A stretch of DNA of 59,692 bases from Phycisphaerales bacterium (GCA_035654175.1 DASRXL010000059.1:1-59692); one strand, 5' to 3'. Positions 28,372 through 37,758 are shown, counted from the first letter of the stretch. The notes: generated by a model from the sequence alone, not told the origin. A program made the numbers and translations.

Positions 28372-29508
28372 CTATGGCCGGTCATCCGGTTCTGGCGCCG
28401 CGCCGTCCTCCGCCAGGCGGTCGAGGATCACGGCGATCCCGGGCGGGCCGTCGGGGGTGGGCCCGGTGATGAAGTCCACGGGCGTCTCGCGGATCAGCGC
28501 GCGGTGGTTGACCGGGAAGATCACGTTGTCGCCTTCCTCGCGCGCCAGGGCCGAGGCCACGGGCACGACGCCATCCCCGAGGGTGGAGCTGGCCTCTCGC
28601 AGCCCCTCGGCCAGCTCGCCGAGGTCGTCTTCGCTCATTAGCTCGCGCAGGAGCCTGGATTCGCGCACCCACCCGAGGTCCACGGGCTCGGCCTGCACGA
28701 TGTGCCCGGCGATATTGGTCAGCTCCAGGCCGCGCGGGGTGTCGCGAGCCGCGAGGCCGGTGACGAGCGCGGAGCGTTCGGCGAGGTCCGCCGCGGCCTG
28801 GCCCGTGCCGTCGCGCCGATAGTCCAGGAGCGGGCGCAGGTCCCAGGATTGATCCATCATCCAGCGCTGCACCTGCTCGCGGATCTCCGCCGCGGGCCGC
28901 AGCTTGGCCCAGGGGGAGCCGGCCCACGGTGTTCCGACCGCGATCAGGCGCGTCACCCGCGGCAGGTTGCCGCCGCCGGAGATGTCGCCGGCGTACCCGC
29001 TCTCGCTGGTCAGGGCCTCGAACGCCACCAGCCCGCCCATCGAGTGGGCCACGAGGGCGACCTCACCTACGCCGAGCCCCCGGGCCGCGCGCAGCGCGCC
29101 GAGGAGCTCCCCGGCCGAGGTCACCACCCCCTGGTCGTTGTGATACTCGAAGCGCGCGACCTCGTGACCGGCCCGGACGAGGGCCGGCGCCAGGTCGCAC
29201 CAGATGTCGCCGGGTTCGTCCAGCCCGTGCACCAGCACCACGAGCCGCGCCGGCGGGCGCTCGCTCGCGCCGAGCGCGACCCAGGCGCTGGGGAGCTCCG
29301 CCGCCGCGCCCGGATCGTCGGACGCCGGCACGTACAGGCCACCGAGCGGTGCGGGCAGCTCGTCCAGCTCGGCGACCTCGTCGAGCAGGTCGTCGAGCCC
29401 TCGCTCGAAGCGGTCGAGCGCCTCCCGCCAGCTCTCCTGCGCGGCGGCGGGCGCGGCGGAGCCCGCGCCAAGAACGATCCCCAGCCAGATGCCGGCCGAG
29501 CGTGTCAT
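28372..29508 (-). CDS. Secreted alpha/beta-hydrolase (lipase/esterase-like)
   Basis: Start re-called at MTRSAGIWLGIVLGAGSAAPAAAQ (signal peptide). Nucleophile elbow AHSMGG. It is the 3' part of an 842-aa composite track ORF. Confidence 0.8.
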   Translation of the reverse strand: MTRSAGIWLGIVLGAGSAAPAAAQESWREALDRFERGLDDLLDEVAELDELPAPLGGLYVPASDDPGAAAELPSAWVALGASERPPARLVVLVHGLDEPGDIWCDLAPALVRAGHEVARFEYHNDQGVVTSAGELLGALRAARGLGVGEVALVAHSMGGLVAFEALTSESGYAGDISGGGNLPRVTRLIAVGTPWAGSPWAKLRPAAEIREQVQRWMMDQSWDLRPLLDYRRDGTGQAAADLAERSALVTGLAARDTPRGLELTNIAGHIVQAEPVDLGWVRESRLLRELMSEDDLGELAEGLREASSTLGDGVVPVASALAREEGDNVIFPVNHRALIRETPVDFITGPTPDGPPGIAVILDRLAEDGAAPEPDDRP

Positions 29509-29525
29509 CGGGCGCCTCCCGGGGT

Positions 29526-30836
29526 CTAGCGGTTTGCGTCGATCATGCGGTCCATCAGCTCCGCCTCCGCGCCGGCGTACCTCTCGAAGGCTTCTTGGAG
29601 CTTGGCCCGGATGGATTGCAGGGCCGCCGCGTCGATCGGCCCGCCCTCGCCCGCCTGCGCGACGATGCTGTCCATCGCCTCGCTCGCGGCCCTGAGATCG
29701 CTCACCGCGACCGCGTAGGAGCGGGCGCTGTCGTAGAGCAGCTGGTTCTCGAGCTCCTTGGTGTCCGGCCGGTGCAGGAGCCGCCAGGGCTGAGCCCTGG
29801 CCTCGATCGCGAGGAACTTGAGCTGGTCGCTCGCGATCCGGAGGTTCGCCAGCGCCCGCTCGATGCCGGGACGCTGCTCCGCGAGCAGTTGGTTGGCCTG
29901 CTCGCCCAGCGCGGCGAAGCGGTCCGCGCCCTCGCGCGTGGTGTCGAGCAGCGCCGAGCCGCGCGGCACCCACTCCTCGTCCACGCCGGTGACGACGCTC
30001 TCGGTCCGGGCAAGGATGTTGTCGATGCGCGGGCGGTTGTCGTCGACGACGGCGCGCCCCGAGCGGATGAGCTCCTTGGCGTCCGCGAGAATGATCTTCG
30101 CGTCCCCGGTCATGGGCCCTAGGTCCGCGCTGGCCCGCTCCACGTTGCCGAGCGTGGCGGAGATGCTGCCGCGCCACCCGGTCAGGTCCGTCTCCACGCT
30201 CTCGATGCTCCGGCGCGCGGAGGCGACCGAGGCCCTCACATCGTCGGCGACCGGGCCGATGCGGGGCCTGATCTCCGCGAGAGCCTCCGAGATCTCGCGC
30301 ATCGAGCGCTCGGCGCTCGCGAAGATCTGCTGGAGCTGCACCCGCTGCTCGGGGCCGAAGCCCGCGTTGGCGAGGAACGCCGGCGGCGCCACCGAGCCGC
30401 GAAGCACCTCGCCCGCGTCCAGCGCCGGCGAGGCGCCCTGCGCATCCGCCACGTTCGCGCCGGTGCCGACGTAGGGGATGTTGATCGTGCTCGCCGTCCC
30501 CAGCAGCGGCACCTCGAGGTATGCCCAAGCGTCCTCGTACAGCTCGATGTCGGCCCGCAGGCTCACGCGGACGTCGACCACGTACTCCCCGGTGCTCGCG
30601 TCGCGCTCCAGCGAGATCGACTCCACCTTGCCCTGCTGCTGGCCGCCCACCCGCACGGCCGCATCCTCGGCCAGCCCCGTCGCCCCGTCGCGCAGCGAGA
30701 AGCGCACGACGTACTCGCGGCTGCGCGCGAACGTCACGTCCGCGAGCACGAAGCTCGTCAGCACCGCCAGCACCACGCCCCCGACGAGGAATCCACCCGC
30801 CAACAGGTTGGCCTTCTGGCTGTAGCGTCCGCTCAT
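29526..30836 (-). CDS. MlaD/MCE-domain protein
   Basis: N-terminal TM (LLAGGFLVGGVVLAVL), an MCE core (YVVRFSLRDGATGLAEDAAVRVGGQQQGKVESI) and a long helical C-terminal region. Confidence 0.85.
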   Translation of the reverse strand: MSGRYSQKANLLAGGFLVGGVVLAVLTSFVLADVTFARSREYVVRFSLRDGATGLAEDAAVRVGGQQQGKVESISLERDASTGEYVVDVRVSLRADIELYEDAWAYLEVPLLGTASTINIPYVGTGANVADAQGASPALDAGEVLRGSVAPPAFLANAGFGPEQRVQLQQIFASAERSMREISEALAEIRPRIGPVADDVRASVASARRSIESVETDLTGWRGSISATLGNVERASADLGPMTGDAKIILADAKELIRSGRAVVDDNRPRIDNILARTESVVTGVDEEWVPRGSALLDTTREGADRFAALGEQANQLLAEQRPGIERALANLRIASDQLKFLAIEARAQPWRLLHRPDTKELENQLLYDSARSYAVAVSDLRAASEAMDSIVAQAGEGGPIDAAALQSIRAKLQEAFERYAGAEAELMDRMIDANR

Positions 30837-30944
30837 CTGGCGTCGATCCTTCCCGCTCGCCCGCCCGAGAAGGCGGGACGGGACACACTCTAATCGGCAT
30901 GGGAGAGGCGCGTCGCCAGCGCCGGCAGGAATCTCCGGGGCGGC

Positions 30945-31895
30945 TCAGGCCCCGAACAGGTCGCTCGTGAACGCCGTCTGATCGCGCCGCTCCGTGATCG
31001 GCCCCTCGGCGTCCCCCCGGAGGAACTGGCGGATCAGCCGCTCCTCGTCGGGCAGCTCCCTGGCCGACGCCTGCGGCATGTCGCGCAGCCGCTCATACCA
31101 CTGCCGGGTCTCCACCTTCAGGATCCGCCCCTTGTCCAGCATCGCCATCCGGTCGGCGATCGCGAAGGCAGAGTCCATCTCGTGCGTCACGACGACGCTT
31201 GTGACCCCCAGCTGCCTCGTCAGCGCGATGATCAATTGATCGATCTGCGCGCTCGTCACCGGGTCGAGCCCGGCCGACGGCTCGTCGTAGAAGAGGATCT
31301 TGGGATCCAGGGCCAGGGCCCGCGCGAGCCCCGCCCGTTTCTTCATGCCCCCGGAGATCTGGGCCGGGTATTTGTCCGCGTGCTCGCGCAGCCCGACCAG
31401 CTCGAGCTTGATCTTCACCTGGATATCGATGATGTCCTGGTCCAGGTTGGTGTGCTCCTGGAGCGGCAGCGCCACGTTCTCCGCGATCGTCATGGAGTTA
31501 AAGAGCGCGCCCGACTGAAACAAGATGCCGAACTGCTTCCGCACCTCGTTGAGCTCGACCTCCGAGAGGGTGCAGATGTCGCGCCCGAACATGTGGATCC
31601 GCCCGCGATCCGGCTTGAAGCTCCCGATCATGAGCCGCAGGCTCGTGGACTTGCCCGAGCCCGAACCGCCCATGATGACCATGGTTTCGCCGGGGTAGAC
31701 CTCGAGGTTCAGCCCCTCGAGCACCGGGCGGCCGTCGAAGTTCTTCCCGACGTCCTCGCACCTGATGACCGGCGCCGCTCCCCTGAGCGCAGGGTCTTGT
31801 GTCGCAAGGGGTTGGGTCGGGTTGACGTGGTCCACGGCAGAGTGATACGCCCGATCAGCCGCCGGGATCCGGCGCGGGCGGGTCGGTCTGTTCAT
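30945..31895 (-). CDS. MlaF-like ABC transporter ATP-binding protein
   Basis: Walker A GGSGSGKST, signature ISGGMKKRAGLARAL, Walker B ILFYDEP. The start is uncertain because it overlaps the upstream gene by 41 nt. Confidence 0.85.
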   Translation of the reverse strand: MNRPTRPRRIPAADRAYHSAVDHVNPTQPLATQDPALRGAAPVIRCEDVGKNFDGRPVLEGLNLEVYPGETMVIMGGSGSGKSTSLRLMIGSFKPDRGRIHMFGRDICTLSEVELNEVRKQFGILFQSGALFNSMTIAENVALPLQEHTNLDQDIIDIQVKIKLELVGLREHADKYPAQISGGMKKRAGLARALALDPKILFYDEPSAGLDPVTSAQIDQLIIALTRQLGVTSVVVTHEMDSAFAIADRMAMLDKGRILKVETRQWYERLRDMPQASARELPDEERLIRQFLRGDAEGPITERRDQTAFTSDLFGA

Positions 31896-32640
31896 CGGCC
31901 GGTGTCGGCGCGGGGCTTGCGTTCTCCGCGGGCGACGAGCCGCGGATCAGCCACACCAGGCTCCCGTCGGGAGCGACGTAGCCGGCGTCCGACACGCGCG
32001 GGAACCAGCTGCCCATCACCTCGTCGTCGGAGAGCTGGAGCAGCACGATCGTCTGGCCCTGAGGCGTCTTGCCGGGCATGGGGATCACGTCGGAGCCAGC
32101 GCCCGCGGCCACCCGCTCCGCATCGTCCTGATCCATCTCGCCGAACGCCCTGAACAGCGGGCCGACGCCCTGCGGGATCGCGGGCGCGCCGCCCAGGTCC
32201 GAGGCCATCTGCGCCTGGAACTCCGCGATCCGCTCGTCGGAGACCTGCGCCGCCGCGTCCGAATCCAGGACGGAGCGCACCACCGCCGGGTCGGCGCTGA
32301 ACGCCTGGGTATAGACCGGGCCCAGCTTGTTCCCGCCCGCCGAGATCCCGATCCAGATCCCCGTCGAGACGATCAGGGAGAGCAGCCCGAGGACGATGCC
32401 GCCGATCGCCAGCCCGCGCCCGGAGAGCGCCCCGCGCGACCGCTGCACGACCACCAGCCCCGCGATGCCCAGCAGCACCGGCAGCGCCCCCAGCGCCGGC
32501 ACGCAGCACCCCACGATCGACACCACCCCAGTGATGATCGACGAGACCGCCAGCGCGCTCAGCCGCCGCGCCTGGTCGAACGCCGGTGGGGGGGTCTGGG
32601 TCCCGAAGTCGGAAAAGCCGGCCTGGTGGAAGTTGGACAT
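31855..32640 (-). CDS. DUF4190-like membrane protein with extracytoplasmic C-terminal domain
   Basis: LSALAVSSIITGVVSIVGCCVPALGALPVLLGIAGLVVV and GLAIGGIVLGLLSLIVSTGIWIG helices, typical of DUF4190. Confidence 0.65.
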   Translation of the reverse strand: MSNFHQAGFSDFGTQTPPPAFDQARRLSALAVSSIITGVVSIVGCCVPALGALPVLLGIAGLVVVQRSRGALSGRGLAIGGIVLGLLSLIVSTGIWIGISAGGNKLGPVYTQAFSADPAVVRSVLDSDAAAQVSDERIAEFQAQMASDLGGAPAIPQGVGPLFRAFGEMDQDDAERVAAGAGSDVIPMPGKTPQGQTIVLLQLSDDEVMGSWFPRVSDAGYVAPDGSLVWLIRGSSPAENASPAPTPADEQTDPPAPDPGG

Positions 32641-32665
32641 GCGTGCAGCCTACCCGGTTGTGCCT

Positions 32666-33919
32666 TTACAAGCTCGCGCCCGACGAGCGGCCGAGCTGCG
32701 TCGCCGCCGCCGCGACGATCTCGACCGCCCGGTCGATCTCCTCCTCGGTCGTCTCGCGGCTGAGGCTGAAGCGGAGCGAGCCGTGCGCAATCGGCTCCGG
32801 GATGCCCATCGCCAGGAGCACCGGGCTCGGCTCGAGGGATCCCGACGAGCACGCCGCCCCCGCCGAGGCGCACACCCCCCGCTCCGAGAGCAGCAGCAGC
32901 AGGGCCTCCGCCTCCAGCCGCGGAAACCCGATGTTCGCCGTGTTCCAGATGCGCGGGCATCCGGCCCCGTTGACGACCGAACCCGGGGCCCGCGCCAGCA
33001 CGGCCTTCTCGAACCGGTCGCGCAGGGTCGCGAGCCGAGCGCGAGCCGTCGGGTCGGCCACCCACGCCGCGGCCTCGCGCGCAGCCACGCCCGCCCCCAC
33101 GATCCCCGGCACGTTCTCCGTCCCGCCCCGGCGGTCCATCTCCTGCGTCCCGATGATCTGCGGCGTCAGCGCGACTCCCCGGCGGATCCAGAGCCCGCCG
33201 ACCCCCTTGGGACCGTGAAACTTGTGCGCGGAGAACGTGAGCAGGTCGCAAGGAAGCGACGGGCTCGATTGCTTCCCCAACCCCTGTCTCGCTGCCTCGC
33301 TGTCCCGCTGTCTGGCCTCGCCGACGGGCATCTTCCCGACCCACTGCACCGCGTCGCAGTGGAAGGGCACGCCCCTCGCGCGGCACAGCTCGCCGATGCG
33401 TTCGACCGGCTGGATCACTCCCGTCTCGTTGTTCGCCCACTGCACGCTGACCAGCGCCGTGCCGCCGTCGATCAGGCCGTCGAGCGCCGCCGGATCGGCC
33501 ATGCCGCGGGCGTCGAGCGGCAGCCAGCGCACCTCGGCCAGGCCTTGCTCCCCGAGCCGCCTGGCCAGGTCGCGCACCGCGGCGTGCTCGAGCTGCGTCG
33601 TGATGATGTTGGGAACCGCGGCGCGATCCATGCCCCCGGCGCGACCGGCCGGGCGAGCCCTCGCGCCCGCCGCCCCGAGCACGCCGCGGATAGCCAGGTC
33701 GATCGACTCGGTCCCGCCGGAGGTGAGCACCAGCTCCTTGGGGTCGGCGCCGAGGAGGGCGGCGAGCTCCCGGCGCGCCAGCTCGACCGCGTGCCGCACC
33801 TCCTGCCCCGCGCGGTGGACGCTGGACGGATTGCCCCAGAGCGCGGTGGACGCGAGGTGAGCGCCCTGCGCCGCGCCGTCGCTCGGGCGCGTCGTCGCGT
33901 TGTTATCGAGGTAGATCAC
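32666..33919 (-). CDS. Cysteine desulfurase (NifS/IscS class V aminotransferase)
   Basis: IYLDNNATT, TSGGTESIDLAI and SAHKFHGPKGVGGLWIR (PLP lysine). Start re-called at a GTG with GGAG 8 nt upstream. Confidence 0.9.
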   Translation of the reverse strand: MIYLDNNATTRPSDGAAQGAHLASTALWGNPSSVHRAGQEVRHAVELARRELAALLGADPKELVLTSGGTESIDLAIRGVLGAAGARARPAGRAGGMDRAAVPNIITTQLEHAAVRDLARRLGEQGLAEVRWLPLDARGMADPAALDGLIDGGTALVSVQWANNETGVIQPVERIGELCRARGVPFHCDAVQWVGKMPVGEARQRDSEAARQGLGKQSSPSLPCDLLTFSAHKFHGPKGVGGLWIRRGVALTPQIIGTQEMDRRGGTENVPGIVGAGVAAREAAAWVADPTARARLATLRDRFEKAVLARAPGSVVNGAGCPRIWNTANIGFPRLEAEALLLLLSERGVCASAGAACSSGSLEPSPVLLAMGIPEPIAHGSLRFSLSRETTEEEIDRAVEIVAAAATQLGRSSGASL

Positions 33920-33974
33920 ACGGGAGCTCCGGAAGGATGATACGCCGCGGGTCGGTACGGCTATCGTGCTGCCC

Positions 33975-34847
33975 ATGGCCAGGCGCGGCGGCGAGCCAAG
34001 CGAGCGTGAGAACGGCGGCGCGGTCGAGCTGCGCGCCGAGCGTCTTGCGAAATCCTTCAACGGGCGCGAGGTGCTGCGCGAGATCAACCTCGAGGTCCGC
34101 CGTGGCGAGATCGTCGCCATCGTGGGCGCCTCCGGCTCGGGCAAGACGGTGCTCCTGGACTGCCTGCTCCGCCTGCTCGACGTCTCGGGGGGCAAGGTGC
34201 TCGCCGCCGATCACGGCCGGCGCGCTACGCCGCTCATCGATATCACCGGCGCCCCCGAGCGCGTGCTGCAGCGCATCCGCCTGCACTGGGCGGTGGTCTT
34301 CCAGCGCAACGCGCTCTTTAGCGGCACCGTCTACGACAACATCGCGCTGCTCCTGCGCGAGCACTTCAACATGCGTGAGGCGGAGATCATGCGCCGCGCC
34401 CGCGACAGCCTGGCCGCGTGCTCGCTCGACGTGGACGACGTGATCCGCAAGGACCGCGACGAGCTCTCGGGAGGCATGGCCAAGCGGGTCGCCATCGCCC
34501 GCGCCATCGCCATCGACCCCGCCGTCATCTTCTACGACGAGCCGACCACCGGCCTCGATCCCGTCGTCAGCGGGCATATCCACGAGCTGATCTGGAACAT
34601 GCACCACCGCCCCCGCGCCGGCGGCGGGCAGCGCACCAGCGTGATCGTCACCCACGACAAGGAGCTGCTCCGCCGCATCCGCCCCCGCGTGGTCATGCTG
34701 CACAAGGGCGTCATCGTGTTCGACGACGAGTACGAGATGTTCGGCATCTCGCCGTCGGCGCCCGCGCAGGAATACCTGCGCGAGATGCCCGTGCTCCACG
34801 GCCGCCGCGCCCAGGGCGGCGAGGGCCCGATGTCCCCGCGGCACTGA
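33975..34847 (+). CDS. Second MlaF-like ABC transporter ATP-binding protein
   Basis: Walker A GASGSGKT, signature LSGGMAKRVAIARAI, Walker B VIFYDEP. ATG at 33975; the track start at 33966 is a GTG. Confidence 0.85.
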   Translation: MARRGGEPSERENGGAVELRAERLAKSFNGREVLREINLEVRRGEIVAIVGASGSGKTVLLDCLLRLLDVSGGKVLAADHGRRATPLIDITGAPERVLQRIRLHWAVVFQRNALFSGTVYDNIALLLREHFNMREAEIMRRARDSLAACSLDVDDVIRKDRDELSGGMAKRVAIARAIAIDPAVIFYDEPTTGLDPVVSGHIHELIWNMHHRPRAGGGQRTSVIVTHDKELLRRIRPRVVMLHKGVIVFDDEYEMFGISPSAPAQEYLREMPVLHGRRAQGGEGPMSPRH

Positions 34848-34853
34848 GGAAGG

Positions 34854-34940
34854 GGTCTTGGGTCTTGAGTCTTCGGTCTTAAGACCTGGGGCTTGCGATC
34901 TGCAATCCGAGATCCGAGATCTAAGATCTGAGATCTGAGG
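34854..34940. repeat. Degenerate heptanucleotide arrays (GGTCTTG-type, then GAGATCY-type)
   Basis: GGTCTTG GGTCTTG AGTCTTC GGTCTTA, containing the 12-bp palindrome GGTCTTAAGACC at 34875-34886. This is followed by period-7 units AGATCCG AGATCCG AGATCTA AGATCTG AGATCTG. Confidence 0.8.
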
Positions 34941-35047
34941 CTTGGATTGGGTGGCCCGGGGCTGAATTGCCTGCGGCGGCGTGGTCGTTGTGCACTCCAC
35001 TTCGAGCTAGCCTCGCTCGCACGATCGCGGCCTGCTCCGCCCTCCAC

Positions 35048-35220
35048 GACTCAAGAGTCGAGCCCCAACCCTCAAGACTCAAGCCCCAACGCTCAAGACC
35101 CAAGACTCAAGACTCAAGACTCAAGACTCAAGACTCAAGACTCAAGACTCAAGACTCAAGACTCAAGACTCAAGACTCAAGACTCAAGACTCAAGACTCA
35201 AGACTCAAGACTCAAGACTC
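35048..35220. repeat. Heptanucleotide tandem array (CAAGACT)n, about 17 perfect copies plus degenerate leading copies
   Basis: Perfect period-7 repeat from 35101 to 35220, with degenerate copies from about 35048. It is the reverse complement of the 34854 array unit. The last units encode the C-terminus and stop codon of the minus-strand gene ending at 35198. Confidence 0.95.
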
Positions 35221-36190
35221 CCAGCTCCGGCAGATGCTTCACCATGCTCGAGATATACTTGAACACGCTGTCGCAGAAGATGCACACGCCGACGCCGCCC
35301 GCGACCCGCTCGCCCTCGCGGCGCAGGTAGCGCCGCGCCGCCTCGAAGATCAGGCCCGAGCTGGGGCCCGCCAGCAGCCCCTCGCCCCGGCACAGCTCCG
35401 CGGCGGCCGTGAACGCGAGCTCGCCGTCCAGCTCGATCACCTCGTCGAGCTTCGAGCGGTCGAAGAGGCCCGACACCCGCAGCTCCGAGGCGTTGCGCAC
35501 GCCCGGCACGTCGTGATCGCTGTCCGGCATCGCCGCGACGACCTTCACGCCGGGGTTCTTCGACTTGAGAAACTCGGCCAGCCCCATCGCGGTGCCGGCG
35601 GTGCCCAGCGCCAGGAATACGTGCGTCACGCGCCCCGCGGTCTGACGCCAGATCTCGGGGCCCGTGGTCTCGGCGTGCGCCCGCGTGTTCATCCGGTTCT
35701 GGTATTGATCAGGCATCACCCGGCGCTCGGGGTCGGCCGCGGCCTGGGTGCGGGCCATGCCGATCGGGCCGTTCCCCAGCTCGACTGCCGAGGTGTAGCT
35801 GTCATCCACCACGTCCAGGTCCGCGCCGCACAGGCGCAGCAGCACCTGCTTCTCGATCGGCGCCTTGCTCGGCATCACCGCGTGCATCGGGATCCCGCGC
35901 GAGGCGGCCAGGGCGGCCAGCGAGAGGCCGGTGTTGCCGCTGGTCGGCTCGATGATCGTGCGCCCCGGGCGCGCCGGCCCGATCTCGCCCCGCTCCTCGA
36001 GGTCGCGCAGGATCCTCGCCGCCGCCCGGTCCTTCACCGACCCGAACGGATTCATCCACTCCAGCTTGGCATAGAGGGAGTAGGCGTCGGCGAGCGGGTT
36101 GAGCCGGTTGATGCGCACCATCGGCGAGGGATTCGCCTCGCTGGGCAGCATCTGGGCGACATCGTCGAAGACGCGGGTCTGGAGGTCCAT
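35198..36190 (-). CDS. Cysteine synthase family PLP-dependent enzyme (CysK/CysM-like)
   Basis: NPFGSVKDRAA (PLP lysine) and TSGNTG. Start re-called at MDLQTRVF. Confidence 0.85.
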   Translation of the reverse strand: MDLQTRVFDDVAQMLPSEANPSPMVRINRLNPLADAYSLYAKLEWMNPFGSVKDRAAARILRDLEERGEIGPARPGRTIIEPTSGNTGLSLAALAASRGIPMHAVMPSKAPIEKQVLLRLCGADLDVVDDSYTSAVELGNGPIGMARTQAAADPERRVMPDQYQNRMNTRAHAETTGPEIWRQTAGRVTHVFLALGTAGTAMGLAEFLKSKNPGVKVVAAMPDSDHDVPGVRNASELRVSGLFDRSKLDEVIELDGELAFTAAAELCRGEGLLAGPSSGLIFEAARRYLRREGERVAGGVGVCIFCDSVFKYISSMVKHLPELGVLSLES

Positions 36191-36252
36191 AGGCGGTGAC
36201 ACGGCTCTCTGACGGCACGGCTGCCCCGCCGCGCGATTCTTTCGGCCCGAGC

Positions 36253-37758
36253 CTAGGCGCGGAGAGCGTCGCAAAGCCGCCCGTGAAGGTCCGCCAAGGC
36301 CACCCTGCCCTCCCACTGCCGGTTCTCCCGCAAATCCTTCACCGTGCAGGTCGAGGCGTCCTCGATGATCACGGCGAACCGGGCCCGCGCCTGCCCCGCC
36401 TCCTTGAGGAGCTTGCCCACGTTCTTCGACGCCTTGTAGGAGTGGCGGACGTGGAGAGGGGTCCCGAGTCTTGAGTCTTGAGTCTTGAGGCCCGAGGCCT
36501 GCGGCGCTGTGCCGCGGCGGAGGCGGGCGACAAGGGGGCGGAGGGAGGCGTCGGCCTCGGGAGCGCCGTTAGAGATCACAAAGACGTCCGGGTGCTGGCC
36601 GACCAAGCCCATCAGCTCGTCGTCGGAGGGCATGAGGCCCTTGTCCTGGAGCAGCAGGCTGAGGACGACGTCGCCCATGGCGAAGCCCACGGCGGGCGTG
36701 GGGGGGCCGCCGAAGAGTTCTATCAGATTGTCGTACCGCCCGCCGCCGGCGACGGCGCGCTCGCCCTCGGCGATGACCTCGAAGACGGTGCCGGTGTAGT
36801 AGGCGAGGCCGCGGGCGATGGAGAGATCGGGCATGCACCATTCACCCAGTCCAATCTCATCTAGAATCTTTGAAAGGCGAGCGAGCGGCGAGAAGTCGAA
36901 CTGTACCTTCCGATGTCCGTCACCTGACCGCAGCCACTCGTGCCCCTTTTTCAGTAGCGACTCGCAAAGCTCCTTTCGAGCATTGAATCCCTCGTCATCG
37001 AAGCTCGCCGCGGCGCATGCATGTTCGAAGTCGTCATTCGACATCTTCGCGTGGCGATCGAGCAGTGCAAAGATCGCGTCGTGTCGTTCCTCGGGAACGC
37101 GCATGTCGCGAAGCATGCTTGTGACGACGGGTCTACTTCCATAACGAATACTCACGTCTTGGGCCGATAGCCCGAATGCTGTGAGACTCGCGACACAGCA
37201 CGCGATGCACTCCGCATCCATCCTCGCCTTCGCCTCTGCGACCTCTGCGCGCCCCTCTGCGTCCTCTGCGTTCCACTTCTCCGGCGGGATATCCAGCCCG
37301 ATCACATCGCAGTTCCACTGCAAAAACTCCCGCAGCCTCCCCCGCTGAGGCCGCTCGGCCCGGAAGAACGGCCCAGCCATGAACCACTTGCACGGCTTCG
37401 GCAATCCCGCGGCCCTCGCCGCGTACATCCGCGCCAGCGTCGGCGTGAACTCCGGGCGCAGCGCGAAGGGCGCCCGCCCCGTCGCCTTCACCTGCTCCAC
37501 TTCGTCCGGGCTCTTGCCGCTGAAGGCCTGGAACAGCTCCCCGAGGATCCCCTCGCCGCTCTTGACCGCATACAGCTCGCTCTCCTCGAACGTCGGCCCG
37601 TCCACCTCCTCGAAGCCGTGGCGGATGGAGACCTCGCGCCAGCGGTCGAGCAGCCACCGTCGCCTCGCCGCCTCCACGGGGTAGAGGTCCCGCGTGCCGC
37701 GGGGGGATTGGATCTGGCGGGGGCCGGTCCGCTCCGCGCTGTGCTCGGATCCGCTCAT
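36253..37758 (-). CDS. hisS: Histidine--tRNA ligase
   Basis: PRGTRDLYP, class II motifs (FRAERPQRGRLREFLQWNCDVIG; GGGRYDNL), and an anticodon-binding end with ARFAVIIED. Start re-called at MSGSEHSAE. Confidence 0.9.
   Translation of the reverse strand: MSGSEHSAERTGPRQIQSPRGTRDLYPVEAARRRWLLDRWREVSIRHGFEEVDGPTFEESELYAVKSGEGILGELFQAFSGKSPDEVEQVKATGRAPFALRPEFTPTLARMYAARAAGLPKPCKWFMAGPFFRAERPQRGRLREFLQWNCDVIGLDIPPEKWNAEDAEGRAEVAEAKARMDAECIACCVASLTAFGLSAQDVSIRYGSRPVVTSMLRDMRVPEERHDAIFALLDRHAKMSNDDFEHACAAASFDDEGFNARKELCESLLKKGHEWLRSGDGHRKVQFDFSPLARLSKILDEIGLGEWCMPDLSIARGLAYYTGTVFEVIAEGERAVAGGGRYDNLIELFGGPPTPAVGFAMGDVVLSLLLQDKGLMPSDDELMGLVGQHPDVFVISNGAPEADASLRPLVARLRRGTAPQASGLKTQDSRLGTPLHVRHSYKASKNVGKLLKEAGQARARFAVIIEDASTCTVKDLRENRQWEGRVALADLHGRLCDALRA
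36467..36487. repeat. Three heptamer units (AGTCTTG)3 inside hisS
   Basis: Same unit as the 35101-35220 array. On the coding strand it is (CAAGACT)3, read in frame as LKTQDSR. Confidence 0.8.

Noticed and set aside
28372-30900. The 842-aa ORF, and likewise the 917-aa ORF 38780..41533, treated as single proteins.
   Set aside because: Only the 3' parts show real protein features, with internal ATGs and signal or TM segments. The upstream parts are antisense or out-of-frame read-through of the MlaD and glgB genes.
34854-35220. A possible CRISPR array.
   Set aside because: The units are 7 nt and directly tandem, with no spacers. No cas genes are present in the window.
34947-36199. ORFs 34947..35330 and 34967..36199, which encode QDSRLKT heptad-like repeats.
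   Set aside because: The repeat peptide is simply the (CAAGACT)n array read in frame, and the array is open in all three plus-strand frames. The remainder is antisense to the well-supported cysteine-synthase-like gene.
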